Positions 47,903-57,853 are shown, numbered from the stretch's first letter. The stretch is 64,000 bases of DNA from Candidatus Latescibacterota bacterium (GCA_965215195.1 CBDCDC010000002.1:1536001-1600000); one strand, 5' to 3'. Notes: generated by a model not told the origin, from the sequence alone. A program made the numbers and translations.

Positions 47903-49711
47903 ATGAAGGGTGGCGCTTTACTGGTCCTGCTCGTCGGGTGCGACTCCACGCTCGAAGAAGGCGCTGATTTGCCAGACCATCGCGCTGTACAAAGTCAGAT
48001 GCAACTCGGCTCAGAACCCGCCATTCAATTCGCCGACGTAAGTGCAGAGAGCGGCCTAAACTTCGTCAATGTCTCGGGCAGTGCGGCACAAGACTACGTC
48101 CTCGAGTCCATGTCGGCCGGCGCCGCTTTCCTCGACTACGACGGGGACGGATACCAAGATCTCTTCGTGGTCAATGGGACTCGGCTGCAAGGGTCTCCTT
48201 TAGGGGCGAAAAACAGACTCTTCCACAATGAGCCGGGCACGGGCCGGACGCGCATATTTCGGCCAGTGGAAGCCGATCTGGGCGCTGGCGGCTGGGGCAT
48301 GGGTTGCGCTGCGGGCGACTACGACAACGATGGCGACGTGGATTTGTACGCGACCTATTGGGGGCCCAACCAGCTCTACCGCAACGATGGCGACGGGCAC
48401 TTTGCCGAGCGGGCACAAAAGGCTGGCGTGGCCGATGCGCGCTGGGGCTCCAGCGCGGCTTTCGGCGACCTCGACGCAGATGGATTGCTGGATCTATACG
48501 TGGCCAACTACCTCGAATTCGACTTGCGCCGACCTCCCGGCGGCGGTGGAAAGTGCCTGTACAAAGGGCTGTACGTCTTCTGCGGTCCCGCGTACGCGCC
48601 GCGCCAAGCGGACCGGCTCTACCGCAATAAGGGCGATGGCAGCTTTGCGGATGTCAGCGCTGCCACCGGCGTAAGCGCTCGGTCCCTGCCGGCGCTGGGC
48701 GTGGTCTTCGGCGACTTGGATGCGGACGGGGATCAGGACATCTACGTGGCCAATGACGGGGAGGCGAACCTGCTTTTTCGCAACGATGGAGACTGGCGTT
48801 TGGCCGAAGTGGCCACGCGGGCCGGCGTGGCTTACAGCAAGGACGGGGTGGCCCAAGCCAGCATGGGCGTCCATGCCGGCGACTTTGACAACGACGGGGA
48901 TCTGGACCTGTTCGCGACCAATTTCTCCGAGGAACTCAATACCCTCTATCGGAACGAGGGGAGCGGGCTATTCCGCGACGCCACCATTGAGGTCGGCTTG
49001 GGCGGGATCGCGCGGCCCCTGCTGGGCTGGAGCACGGGTTTTGCCGACTTTGACAAGGATGGCTGGCTAGATCTATTCGTAGCCAACGGCCACCTCTATC
49101 CGCAATTGGACCGGCATTTTTTGGGGTTTTTCTATGCCCAGCGCAATTTGCTCTACCACAACCGGGGCGACCGATTTGTCGAGGTCGGGGAAAACAGCGG
49201 TGCGGGCTGGAGGATTGAAAAAGTCAGCCGCGCCGCGGCCCTGAGCGACTTTGACAACGACGGGGACATCGACCTGTTCGTCGTGAATCTCAACGACTCT
49301 CCGACCTTGTTGCGCAACGACAGCGGCGACCGCAACAACTGGCTGGGTCTGGAACTGGTGGGCGTGGAGAGCAACCGGGACGCTATCGGCGCTCAAGTGC
49401 GGGTACAGGCCGGCGACCTCGAACAGGTGCGGGAGGTGCGCCGGGGCTACGGCTTTCAGGCCCAGCACGATCCGCGCCTGCTGTTCGGCCTCGGACCGCA
49501 CGAGCGGGTAGATTGGGTCGAGATCCGCTGGCCCTCGGGCCGGCGTCAGGTGCTGCGGAACCCGCCCCTGCGGCGCTACCTAACGGTGCGCGAAGCTACC
49601 AATCCAGCCACTGCCACAAGCGAGGAGGATCAAAATGCGCATCGTAACCCGTCCCGCCGTCCTGCTCGTAGCGTTAGTTCTTCCGTCTGCGGGGATCGCC
49701 CACGAAAATAG
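47903..49711 (+). CDS. CRTAC1-family lipoprotein (FG-GAP repeats plus ASPIC/UnbV)
   Basis: Lipobox LVGC; repeated DYDNDGDxDL; NNWLGLELVG..SNRDAIGA; LFGLG..VEIRWPSG. Confidence 0.9.
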   Translation: MKGGALLVLLVGCDSTLEEGADLPDHRAVQSQMQLGSEPAIQFADVSAESGLNFVNVSGSAAQDYVLESMSAGAAFLDYDGDGYQDLFVVNGTRLQGSPLGAKNRLFHNEPGTGRTRIFRPVEADLGAGGWGMGCAAGDYDNDGDVDLYATYWGPNQLYRNDGDGHFAERAQKAGVADARWGSSAAFGDLDADGLLDLYVANYLEFDLRRPPGGGGKCLYKGLYVFCGPAYAPRQADRLYRNKGDGSFADVSAATGVSARSLPALGVVFGDLDADGDQDIYVANDGEANLLFRNDGDWRLAEVATRAGVAYSKDGVAQASMGVHAGDFDNDGDLDLFATNFSEELNTLYRNEGSGLFRDATIEVGLGGIARPLLGWSTGFADFDKDGWLDLFVANGHLYPQLDRHFLGFFYAQRNLLYHNRGDRFVEVGENSGAGWRIEKVSRAAALSDFDNDGDIDLFVVNLNDSPTLLRNDSGDRNNWLGLELVGVESNRDAIGAQVRVQAGDLEQVREVRRGYGFQAQHDPRLLFGLGPHERVDWVEIRWPSGRRQVLRNPPLRRYLTVREATNPATATSEEDQNAHRNPSRRPARSVSSSVCGDRPRK

Positions 49712-50210
49712 TGATCCCCGCACCCAAGCCGCTATCGGCCTTTCTGTCCTCGACCGAGGGATAAGCCTGTGGCTGGTCCGTCCCAAGACGATGTTGGGCC
49801 TTGAGTTGGATTATCTCGAATTAACTTGGGACGAGGTGACTTATGCCTCCTCAGTGGGACCAGTAAAACATAGAACGAGTCGCGTCCGCGCTGCTCTGAC
49901 CCTAAAACGTCAAGTCTCGCAGGGTCAAGTCTCCAAATTCGTGTATCTAACGGTCTATGGAGAGGACGTGGACGACGAATGGAAAGAAGGCGTCCGTCTC
50001 AATGAGGGGGATAATGGCCCAGAGATCGGCTTAGGTGGACTATGGCGCCCCATGAAGAAAGTGAGCGTATCGATCAGACAGGGATGGGCCTTTGAAAAAG
50101 GCGAGAAGTTAGCGATAGTTAGCGATAATTTCTCGCCGGAGAATACTAGTACGGAGACCTTTGCCATCCGCATGCAGGAAACCCGACTGTTGGTGCTTTT
50201 GCATTTCTGA
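49635..50210 (+). CDS. Putative small outer-membrane beta-barrel protein
   Basis: GAGGA RBS, signal peptide, amphipathic strands, C-terminal Phe. Confidence 0.55.
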   Translation: MRIVTRPAVLLVALVLPSAGIAHENSDPRTQAAIGLSVLDRGISLWLVRPKTMLGLELDYLELTWDEVTYASSVGPVKHRTSRVRAALTLKRQVSQGQVSKFVYLTVYGEDVDDEWKEGVRLNEGDNGPEIGLGGLWRPMKKVSVSIRQGWAFEKGEKLAIVSDNFSPENTSTETFAIRMQETRLLVLLHF

Positions 50211-50294
50211 GCAATCTGAAGCAGACGCCCAGCGCAATCTAGCCCGCATAATCCAAGCTGCCCGGCAGTCAGTGCCGCAGCCATAACTCGGACG

Positions 50295-50375
50295 CTTAGT
50301 ACACGGACACTAACGCATTCAATGGCGTCCTACCATCAAGCACTAACGCACCCACAGGAGGGGTCGTGTACTTAG
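50295..50375. mobile_element. 81-bp MITE with IS4-family (IS10 group)-like ends
   Basis: CTTAGTACACG...CGTGTACTTAG flanked by direct repeat CTCGGACG (50287, 50376). Interior 50327-50360 matches the reverse complement of 1934-1967 at 32/34. Confidence 0.75.
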
Positions 50376-50388
50376 CTCGGACGCAAGG

Positions 50389-52215
50389 CTATTCGTAGGA
50401 GATTTCCCTTCCTTCTTCGACCACCAGCACCGCATTCACTGGAAGATCCCGGAAGCGTTGCCGGAGACCGCCGGGCCATTCAACCTCGAGCAGGTCAATG
50501 GATTCCCGGGTGCCCAAGCCAATGTGGAGCCGGGGATCGCTGGCCGAGAGATAGCTGGACCCGCGGCGCACTTGGCGGATCTGGCTCCGGTCGCCAGAGA
50601 CCAGCCGCACCCTAGTGCCCACGGCATCTTTGTTGCCGCGCCTTCCCACTACCCTGATCATAGACCAATTCTGCGCATTGCCGTTCTCGTTGCGCACCAG
50701 TCTAGCCGCACCGCCGCAGTTGCTGACCAAGAGGTCGAGATCGCCGTCCGCGTCGTAGTCGCCAAAAGCCGCGCCTCGGCTGACTTGTTTGCGGGAAAAC
50801 CAGTCCCCGGAGGCGGCCGAGACATCGGCGTAGCGACAGGTTCCGTCGTTGCGGAAGAGTTGGTGCTCCTCGGCGTACTCCACGCCGGGCTGGAACAGGG
50901 CGATCCGGTCCAAGACGTGGCCATTGGCCACGTACAGATCGAGGTCGCCGTCGTTGTCGTAGTCGAAAAAATTCGTGCCAAAGCCGAGCAAGCGCCAGCT
51001 CGGCGGCCCCAAGCCCGCAACCGCGGTCACATCTTTGAAACGACCGGCGTCGTTGCGGTAGAGGGTGTTGGTCTCGTGGGAAAAATTGGTGACGAAGAGA
51101 TCGAAGTCGCCGTCGTTGTCGCAATCGCCAATATCCACGCCCATGCCGGCCTCGCCTTCGCCCCTCAGGTTGTAGCCCACGCCCACCTGCACGGCCACCT
51201 CGACAAAGGTGCCCTCGCCCTCGTTGTGGTAGAGGAAGTTGGCCACCCCGTCGTTGGCTACGTACAGATCTTGGTCGCCATCGGCGTCGTAGTCCCAAGC
51301 CAGCACCCCCAAGCCCTTGCCAGCGGGATTGGCGATACCGGCCTCAATGGACACGTCGGCGAAAGTGCCGTTGCCCTCGTTGTGGTAGAGCACATCGGGC
51401 ACGCCCTGGTACTCGCTGGGCGCACAATACGAGCGCGTACCGCGCCCGATGGCGCGCAGGCCCTCGGCATTGGTCTGGACGAAACCGCCGCAGACCTTGT
51501 TGGTGGCCATGGTGAAGTCGAGGTAGTTGGCGATGTACAGATCGAGCTGGCCGTCGTTGTCGTAGTCGAAAAAGGCCGCACTAGTGCTCCACTGGGGGGC
51601 TTGTACCCCGGCTGTGGTGGTCGCATCGGCAAACGCGCCGTCTCCTCGATTGCGGTATAGGGCATTGCGGCCGTAATTGGTCACGTAGAGGTCTTGGTCG
51701 CCGTCGTTGTCGTAGTCGGCCACCGCACATCCCATGCCGTAGCCCTTGTCGTCCACCCCGGCTGCGGCCCCCATCTCGACAAAGGTCCCGTCGCCCTCGT
51801 TGCGGTACAGGGCATTGCCCGAGACTTCCACGCCGGCTGCGGGTGCCAGAGACACTGCATAGGCCGCTGGATCCGCGGAGCGGGGTGTGCCGCTCGGTTG
51901 GGATCGACGCACCCAGTAGTAAGCCGAATCCCGCCGGGCGAGATTGACCGGCCGGACGTACGTGCCGCGCAAATCAAAGCCATTGACCAGATAGATATCC
52001 AGATCGCCATCCCCATCGAAATCCGCGAAAGCACCCCCGGCCCCCATGGTCTCGATGAGGAAATAATGCCCGGCCGCGCCGTTTTCATGCACAAAGGAAA
52101 TGCCCGAGTGGGGGGTCGCGTCGAGAAAGCGGACTTCGGGAGGCGGGGGGCGGCATCCTGCGATGCTGCCAAAGGCTAGCGCAAGTACCAGATGCCTTGG
52201 GCAGAAGAGCCGCAT
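50389..52215 (-). CDS. CRTAC1-family lipoprotein (FG-GAP repeats plus ASPIC/UnbV)
   Basis: Lipobox IAGC; GMGCAVADYDNDGDQDLY repeats; SYLSASDPRLHIGLG, EVEWPGG. Confidence 0.9.
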   Translation of the reverse strand: MRLFCPRHLVLALAFGSIAGCRPPPPEVRFLDATPHSGISFVHENGAAGHYFLIETMGAGGAFADFDGDGDLDIYLVNGFDLRGTYVRPVNLARRDSAYYWVRRSQPSGTPRSADPAAYAVSLAPAAGVEVSGNALYRNEGDGTFVEMGAAAGVDDKGYGMGCAVADYDNDGDQDLYVTNYGRNALYRNRGDGAFADATTTAGVQAPQWSTSAAFFDYDNDGQLDLYIANYLDFTMATNKVCGGFVQTNAEGLRAIGRGTRSYCAPSEYQGVPDVLYHNEGNGTFADVSIEAGIANPAGKGLGVLAWDYDADGDQDLYVANDGVANFLYHNEGEGTFVEVAVQVGVGYNLRGEGEAGMGVDIGDCDNDGDFDLFVTNFSHETNTLYRNDAGRFKDVTAVAGLGPPSWRLLGFGTNFFDYDNDGDLDLYVANGHVLDRIALFQPGVEYAEEHQLFRNDGTCRYADVSAASGDWFSRKQVSRGAAFGDYDADGDLDLLVSNCGGAARLVRNENGNAQNWSMIRVVGRRGNKDAVGTRVRLVSGDRSQIRQVRRGSSYLSASDPRLHIGLGTRESIDLLEVEWPGGLRQRFRDLPVNAVLVVEEGREISYE

Positions 52216-52221
52216 GCGGGC

Positions 52222-53883
52222 TTAATCTGCGGGAAGTTCAATTTGGGGAAGCACCTCTGCGAAGATGCGTACCTCGTCGGCGTATTCTTCCCTGAGTTGG
52301 GCCACCAATTGGTTGAAGCGTTGTTCGGTCTCCACGAGGCGCAGAATGGCCCTTATGCGCTCGTGCTCGTGCTCGAGGGAGCGCATAAGGCCACCGGTGC
52401 GGTCGTTGACGCGAAAAATGGAATAGCCGCCCTTCACGGCCACTGGACCGACCAGCTCGCCCAACTCCGCCTCCGTAGCGTAGCGCAACAATTCGCCATA
52501 TAGGCTCTTCTCGTACGAGTGGAGGTGTACTTGGCCCCTGTTTGCGGCCGCGCCGTAGCGCGTGCTCAGAGGGGCTAAATCAGCTATAGTTTCCCCTTGA
52601 TCTAAACGCCGGCGCAGCTTTTGGGCCCGCTCCACATCCTCTACTAAGACTTCCTCGATATATATCTCCACTGGGGTGCGGAACTTTTCGCGCTGGTCTT
52701 CGTAGTACTCGGCGATGGCTTCGTCCTCGATGACTATCCGCTCGCTGATCTCGACCCGGCGCAGCGCCATGATGAGCAATTGCTCGGCCTTGCGCTGTTT
52801 CCACCAGCGCATCTCCTCGCTATCCAAGTAGCCGGCCGACTTGGCCGCTTCCCAGACCATGGCCTTGGGAATGGGCAGCTTCCAAGCCGCGCGAATCACC
52901 TGCACACTGTCGCCTAGGGCGGGTTGTTCCTCGGCCTCGCGGAATGAAGCGATGTAATCGCCCACAGTTATTTGGCCGCCATGGTACGCAAAGAGCGGCG
53001 TACTGGCTTCTGCCGCAGAGAGCGGGGGATAGGTCGCGGCCGCGGCATCTTTGGCGACCAGCACGGCGAGTCCGGCCGATACGGGACGCAGGTCGAGAGT
53101 GGCTGCCTGCTCTTCGAGCAGGGCGCGGTGTTGGGCGACGAATTCTTCCTTCCACATGCTCTTGTAGAGTTCCTCGCGGTACTTGGCAAATTCGGCTTCT
53201 CGCTCGTCTGTGCAATAAATCAACTCAAAGCCGCCATCCACGGGCACAACCTCGGAAACAGCACCCGCACTCAAGGTGACAAAAACTTGCGGGGCAATGC
53301 CGGCCTGTACTGCGCTCACGCGATTGAGATACCCCAAGGGCCCTCCTCGGGGCGGGACTCGCCCGTCGCGGGAGTAGGTCTTGGCCAAGGAGTCGAGAGC
53401 TACTCCCTGCGCTAGGTGCCGGCGAATTTGCCGGGCTTCCTCCAAGCTATCGACCACCAGTCGGCTCAGGGACTTTTCGCGCTGGTACTGCCCCTGGTCA
53501 AAGCGCTGCCGCATTTCCTCGTTGGTGATCTCGATGCGGGCGTGTATGGTCTTGGCTTGGTAGGTATTGATCACTTTTTCGCGCAACCTTGCGGCCAGTT
53601 GCGCCCTAAACATCCGGGTCTGGTCCAGTCCGCGGGCCCGCGCCGCGCGGACTAGCAGCTTCTGGTCGATGAGCGACTGCAAGTAATCGCGGCGGGCTGC
53701 ATCACCGCTCTCCTTGGAGCGCAAACCAGGCCCCAGCGAAGCGATCAGCCGCTCCACGTCCTTCTTGTAAATGGGCTCGTCGCCCACTTGGGCGACGACG
53801 AGATGGACCGGGGCTTGCTCTTGTGCAGCACAGCCGAGCAGCACCAATCCCAAGTACAGGCTTGCGATCACCTTGCGCCACAT
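52222..53883 (-). CDS. Peptidyl-prolyl cis-trans isomerase lipoprotein (two parvulin/PpiC-type domains)
   Basis: Lipobox LLGC; VVAQVGDEPI; LAKTYS..GGPLGY; GELVGPV..GGYSIF. Confidence 0.8.
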   Translation of the reverse strand: MWRKVIASLYLGLVLLGCAAQEQAPVHLVVAQVGDEPIYKKDVERLIASLGPGLRSKESGDAARRDYLQSLIDQKLLVRAARARGLDQTRMFRAQLAARLREKVINTYQAKTIHARIEITNEEMRQRFDQGQYQREKSLSRLVVDSLEEARQIRRHLAQGVALDSLAKTYSRDGRVPPRGGPLGYLNRVSAVQAGIAPQVFVTLSAGAVSEVVPVDGGFELIYCTDEREAEFAKYREELYKSMWKEEFVAQHRALLEEQAATLDLRPVSAGLAVLVAKDAAAATYPPLSAAEASTPLFAYHGGQITVGDYIASFREAEEQPALGDSVQVIRAAWKLPIPKAMVWEAAKSAGYLDSEEMRWWKQRKAEQLLIMALRRVEISERIVIEDEAIAEYYEDQREKFRTPVEIYIEEVLVEDVERAQKLRRRLDQGETIADLAPLSTRYGAAANRGQVHLHSYEKSLYGELLRYATEAELGELVGPVAVKGGYSIFRVNDRTGGLMRSLEHEHERIRAILRLVETEQRFNQLVAQLREEYADEVRIFAEVLPQIELPAD

Positions 53884-54105
53884 AAACCCTCTAAGATGCG
53901 GTAAAAAATTGTCGGGGGGCGAAAATTGCGGTAAAATTAAGCGGGCGGCTTGGGCGAAAATGTAATTATCTCTCGTGCAAAGGACAAGAAACCAGCCGGT
54001 TTGTGGTATGGCCCGCAGGCAAGTACGAGAAGATCAAAACGCGAATTCTCGCACCTTCGCCTGCTTCGTCGCCTTGCAGCTATCCTGCTCCGCCAAAGGT
54101 TCCCC

Positions 54106-55692
54106 ATGACGACCCATACCCCCCGCAATCTATCCCGCCTCGGCGATGCCGGGCACTTCATCAGCACCTTCCGCGCCATTTATCTCAACAATCCCGACGG
54201 CCGCGCCTTTGCCTTCACCGCGCACCGCTACCTATGGCCCACCCGCTGGGAAGGCGATGGCCAAGTAATCCTCTTCGGCCCCGCAGGCAAGGAAGTGGCC
54301 CGCAGCCCGATCGCCGGCCAAGCCGAGTGCGCGACCGCACAGGTCCCGGCCGGGCAAAAAGGGGTGTACGCCGCCCGCATTGAGGGCTTGGGCTATCACC
54401 TGATGTGGTTTGAATGCACCCTAGCGCAGATGGTCATCGACTGCGGCGACTGGGAGCAGAGAACAGGGCGCGAAGAGACCTTCGACATGCACACCGTCAC
54501 CGTGCCGCGGCGCTGGTACTTCTTCGTGCCGGAGGGAGTGAACGAATTCCAAGTCGGCAGCCGGCACGGGGGTGCCCACCGCCAAGACTCGGGCTTGGTC
54601 GTCTTTACCCCCCGGGGCCAGCCGGTGGCCGCCCATTTCGGCAGCCGGCCGCGGCCGTGGGGGGCGTCCTTTACCGAGCGCTTCAACATGACGCCGGCTT
54701 GGGATATCGTCGACCAAGAACCGGAAATGCACGTCATGCGCATCGAGACCGATCCGGGCAGCACCGGCCGCTTCTGGTCCATCTGGCTGTGCGGCGGCGA
54801 CGGCCACTGCTATAGCCCGATGCAGATCTTGCTCAATGGAGTGCCCACCTATTTATCCTCTATGCCCGAACAGTGGTTCAACCCGCAGACCGGCCGACCG
54901 GCCCCGGTGGTGCAATACGACTTTCACGTCGGCCCCGCCCAGCGCACCAGCGAGACCTTCTGCGCGCCCAGTCCGCTCTTGGGCGATACCGATACCGGCA
55001 TGCGCGGGGCGCACGCGGTCTATGTACACAACCCGGAAAACCGCCCCTTCGACTTTTGCGCCACTGGCTACATTATCCCGCAGGACGAGTACCTCCCCGT
55101 GCAGTTCCGGGCCAGTGGCCCCCAAGGCCAAGCACTGGGCCAAGCCGCAGGCGCGTTCACCCACAAATCCCCACCAGAGCCAGCCCGGATCAGCGTCCCG
55201 GCCGCCGGTGCGGGCGCGTACAAGGTGGAGGTTGATGCCGCCCGTTGGTACGGCTGGAGCGAACCGACCATGGGCATGGTGCTGGCGGGCCATCCCACGG
55301 CCGACGGAGGGGCGCGGTTTTCCCTGATGCTGGCCTTGGGACGGCACTGGTTCTTCGGCGTACCCGCAGGGACTCGAGAATTCAGCGTGCGAATCAACTT
55401 GGCCGATCCCAACCACGTGTTGCACGTTGAAGTACACGGGCCGGACCGGATCGCCCAAGTTTTGTACGCGCCCGGCGGTGCGCCGCGGGAAGTCCGGGTG
55501 CCAGTGCCCGAGGGCTTGGACGGCAAGGTGTGGTTTTTACGGCTGTCAGTGGGCAGTGCCACCCGCCTACTCGGACAGGGGGCGCAGAACCGGCGCACCG
55601 TGCAAATCGACCCGGATGTCGAACTGCACGGCGTGCCCGGGTACATCGCCCCCACTTGGGAGCAGTGGTTCAATCCAGCAGAGATGAGCTGA
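54106..55692 (+). CDS. Hypothetical protein with internal duplication
   Basis: Host-like codon usage; the two halves share W(Y/F)F.VP.G..EF and GVP.Y....EQWFNP. Confidence 0.7.
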   Translation: MTTHTPRNLSRLGDAGHFISTFRAIYLNNPDGRAFAFTAHRYLWPTRWEGDGQVILFGPAGKEVARSPIAGQAECATAQVPAGQKGVYAARIEGLGYHLMWFECTLAQMVIDCGDWEQRTGREETFDMHTVTVPRRWYFFVPEGVNEFQVGSRHGGAHRQDSGLVVFTPRGQPVAAHFGSRPRPWGASFTERFNMTPAWDIVDQEPEMHVMRIETDPGSTGRFWSIWLCGGDGHCYSPMQILLNGVPTYLSSMPEQWFNPQTGRPAPVVQYDFHVGPAQRTSETFCAPSPLLGDTDTGMRGAHAVYVHNPENRPFDFCATGYIIPQDEYLPVQFRASGPQGQALGQAAGAFTHKSPPEPARISVPAAGAGAYKVEVDAARWYGWSEPTMGMVLAGHPTADGGARFSLMLALGRHWFFGVPAGTREFSVRINLADPNHVLHVEVHGPDRIAQVLYAPGGAPREVRVPVPEGLDGKVWFLRLSVGSATRLLGQGAQNRRTVQIDPDVELHGVPGYIAPTWEQWFNPAEMS

Positions 55693-55710
55693 GGTTGCGA
55701 ACTTTTAGCT

Positions 55711-56424
55711 TCAGCAGCAGCCCTTCACTTCCCGGTCGGAAGGCGCTTGACAGCGAATGAACTCGTAGAACAGCGCGCCGGCTCCAGCCCCCAGCACCGG
55801 ACCGACGATGTACGCAGCAAAAGCCGTCCATTCGCCGGCTGCCAAGGCCGGGCCTAAGCTGCGGGCTGGATTCATCGAGGCCCCACACAACGGCCCGGCG
55901 AACAGGGCCTCCAGCCCCACGGTGCCGCCAATGGCCAAACCGGCCGCCGGCCCCACAGCGCGAAAATCGGTCGCCATGCTCGTAATGACCAGCATCAGCA
56001 AAAAGGTCAGCATGAATTCCCACACAAGGGCCGTGGCGAACAGGCCGTCCACCGGCCGAGTGACCCCCAAGTTCAGCACCTGCCGAGGTTGCGCGGCGGC
56101 CAGTACCGACGACAAACTCGCCAGATGCACGTAGCTGGCGGCCACGGCCCCGGCGCACTGGGCCAAGATATAGGGCGCAATCTCTCTTTTGGGGAAATGC
56201 CGCGTCAGGGCAAACGCAAGGGTCACCGCTGGGTTGAAATGCGCCCCGGAAATGTGGCCGGTGGCATAGATCATCACCATAATGACCAGCCCAAATGTGG
56301 CGGCAACGCCCACATGGCTGACCGCCCCGCCGGAAATCTGGTCAATGGCCACGGCACCGCAGCCGGCAAAGACAAGGGCAAACGCGCCGATGAATTCGGC
56401 GGCGCATTTTCGCAATAGATTCAC
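55711..56424 (-). CDS. MIP/aquaporin family channel (NIP/AqpS-like)
   Basis: AEFIG, HISGAHFNPAVT, GASMNPARSLGPA; ends KGCC. Confidence 0.92.
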   Translation of the reverse strand: MNLLRKCAAEFIGAFALVFAGCGAVAIDQISGGAVSHVGVAATFGLVIMVMIYATGHISGAHFNPAVTLAFALTRHFPKREIAPYILAQCAGAVAASYVHLASLSSVLAAAQPRQVLNLGVTRPVDGLFATALVWEFMLTFLLMLVITSMATDFRAVGPAAGLAIGGTVGLEALFAGPLCGASMNPARSLGPALAAGEWTAFAAYIVGPVLGAGAGALFYEFIRCQAPSDREVKGCC

Positions 56425-56433
56425 AAGTGGTTC

Positions 56434-56733
56434 TCAGCGGGCGACCTGCCCCTCGAGTCGGACGCCCTCGTACTGTTGAATATGGTTGATAACCTCAAAC
56501 AAGTTGCGGGCTGGTGGGTTGCCATTTGGCCCGAACATGTGCCTGAGGCTCTCGCTGCCAAGCGCGTCGAACCCCATCGTCGCGTTGATATAGTCGCGCA
56601 GCACGACCTTGCCGGTGTCCACATCGCCGGCGAGCATACACCTAATGCCTTCTTTCACAAGTTCCTCTCGGAAGGCCGGGTCGCGCTGGACGCGGGCCTG
56701 TATCGTCTCTTTGACATTACGTGTCAGTGCCAT
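56434..56733 (-). CDS. Addiction-module antidote-like DNA-binding protein, apparently with a shortened HTH
   Basis: MALTR..KETIQAR.QRDPAFRE, GKVVLRDYINAT.GF, MFGPNGNP.ARNLF; no toxin gene adjacent. Confidence 0.7.
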   Translation of the reverse strand: MALTRNVKETIQARVQRDPAFREELVKEGIRCMLAGDVDTGKVVLRDYINATMGFDALGSESLRHMFGPNGNPPARNLFEVINHIQQYEGVRLEGQVAR

Positions 56734-56893
56734 ATCTCATAAAAATCTCCCGTGATACTGACTTTTTCACCTGTCAGAGGGATAGGGATTGAATCGGCGA
56801 TGGGCTGGCAACGCACCAGGCGTTTGTCTGTCCCTGAGTCGATTCAACTACGGGGTCTTGCCTAATGAAAGGCCAATCACTCTATTTTAGGGT

Positions 56894-57262
56894 ATGGAAA
56901 CAATACGTACCCTCTCTTGTAGGCTCGTGGTTCCGCCGCCGATGGCGACTCGTATTGAGGCCACGTTTACGGCCTTTGCCCATGCGTGCAAGTTCGTTGC
57001 CGATTGGGGCAACGAGCACAAGAAGCACCGGCAGTATGACCTGCATAAAGGCTGCTACCGGGTTATCCGGGACCAGTTGGGTCTTTCTGCCAACCTTGCG
57101 GTGCGGGCGATTGGGCGGGTGGCGCCTCGACTGGCGAATCCGAAAACCCGGCAGAGCCGGTTCAAGTCTGTGTCGATTGACTACGACGCTCGTATCTTCG
57201 CGCTGGACGTGGAAAGCGAAACGGTTAGTATTCGCCTGGAGGACCCACGATGTCTAACTTAG
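56894..57262 (+). pseudogene. tnpB: IS200/IS605-family TnpB N-terminal fragment (no RuvC or zinc finger)
   Basis: IRTLSCRL, AFAHAC, YRVIRDQLGLSANLAVRAI.RV, SIDYDARIF; truncated at ~120 aa. Confidence 0.7.
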
Positions 57263-57489
57263 ACCGCATTGAGATCAATCCCAGAGTCATGATGGGAAAA
57301 CCCGTGGTGAGAGGGACGCGCATTCCAGTAGATCTGATATTGAGAAAGCTGAGTGAGGGCGCGTCAGAAGACGATTTGCTCGACGCTTATCCTAGGCTCA
57401 CAGTAGAAGACATACGCGCAGCATTACATTATGCCGCAGCCGCGCTTGCCCTTGAAGAAACGATTTTTGTGCTCCCCGCAGGATCGTGA
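57250..57489 (+). CDS. DUF433 family antitoxin
   Basis: RIEINPRVMMGKPVVRGTRIPV...YPRLTVEDIRAALHYAA. Confidence 0.92.
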   Translation: MSNLDRIEINPRVMMGKPVVRGTRIPVDLILRKLSEGASEDDLLDAYPRLTVEDIRAALHYAAAALALEETIFVLPAGS

Positions 57490-57493
57490 TTTG

Positions 57494-57853
57494 ATGAATT
57501 TTCTCGTAGATGAGAGTTGTGATTTTGCTGTGGTGAGAGCGTTGCGCGATGAAGGATATGAAGTAACGGCTGTTGCGGAAGTTACGCCAGCAGCAGATGA
57601 TGAGGATGTTATTGGCCTTGCTTACGGTGAGGCCAAAATTCTTTTGACAGAGGACAAAGACTTTGGACGGCTGGTTTATGCTCATGCACATCCTTCAGGT
57701 GGCGTGATCTTAATCCGTTTTCCATCGAATATCCGCCGTATCTTGCCCGAAGTTATTTTGAATTTGGTTCGCGATATGGAAGAGCAATTGGCAAGTTGTT
57801 TTGTTGTTGTTGAACCCGGGCGCATTCGCATCAACAGGCGTACGGTTGAATGA
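57494..57853 (+). CDS. DUF5615 PIN-like toxin
   Basis: FLVDES, LRDEGYEV, DEDVI, ILLTEDKDFG; follows DUF433. Confidence 0.9.
   Translation: MNFLVDESCDFAVVRALRDEGYEVTAVAEVTPAADDEDVIGLAYGEAKILLTEDKDFGRLVYAHAHPSGGVILIRFPSNIRRILPEVILNLVRDMEEQLASCFVVVEPGRIRINRRTVE

Noticed and set aside
50458-51660. 400-aa plus-strand ORF
   Set aside because: Antisense to the CRTAC1 gene.
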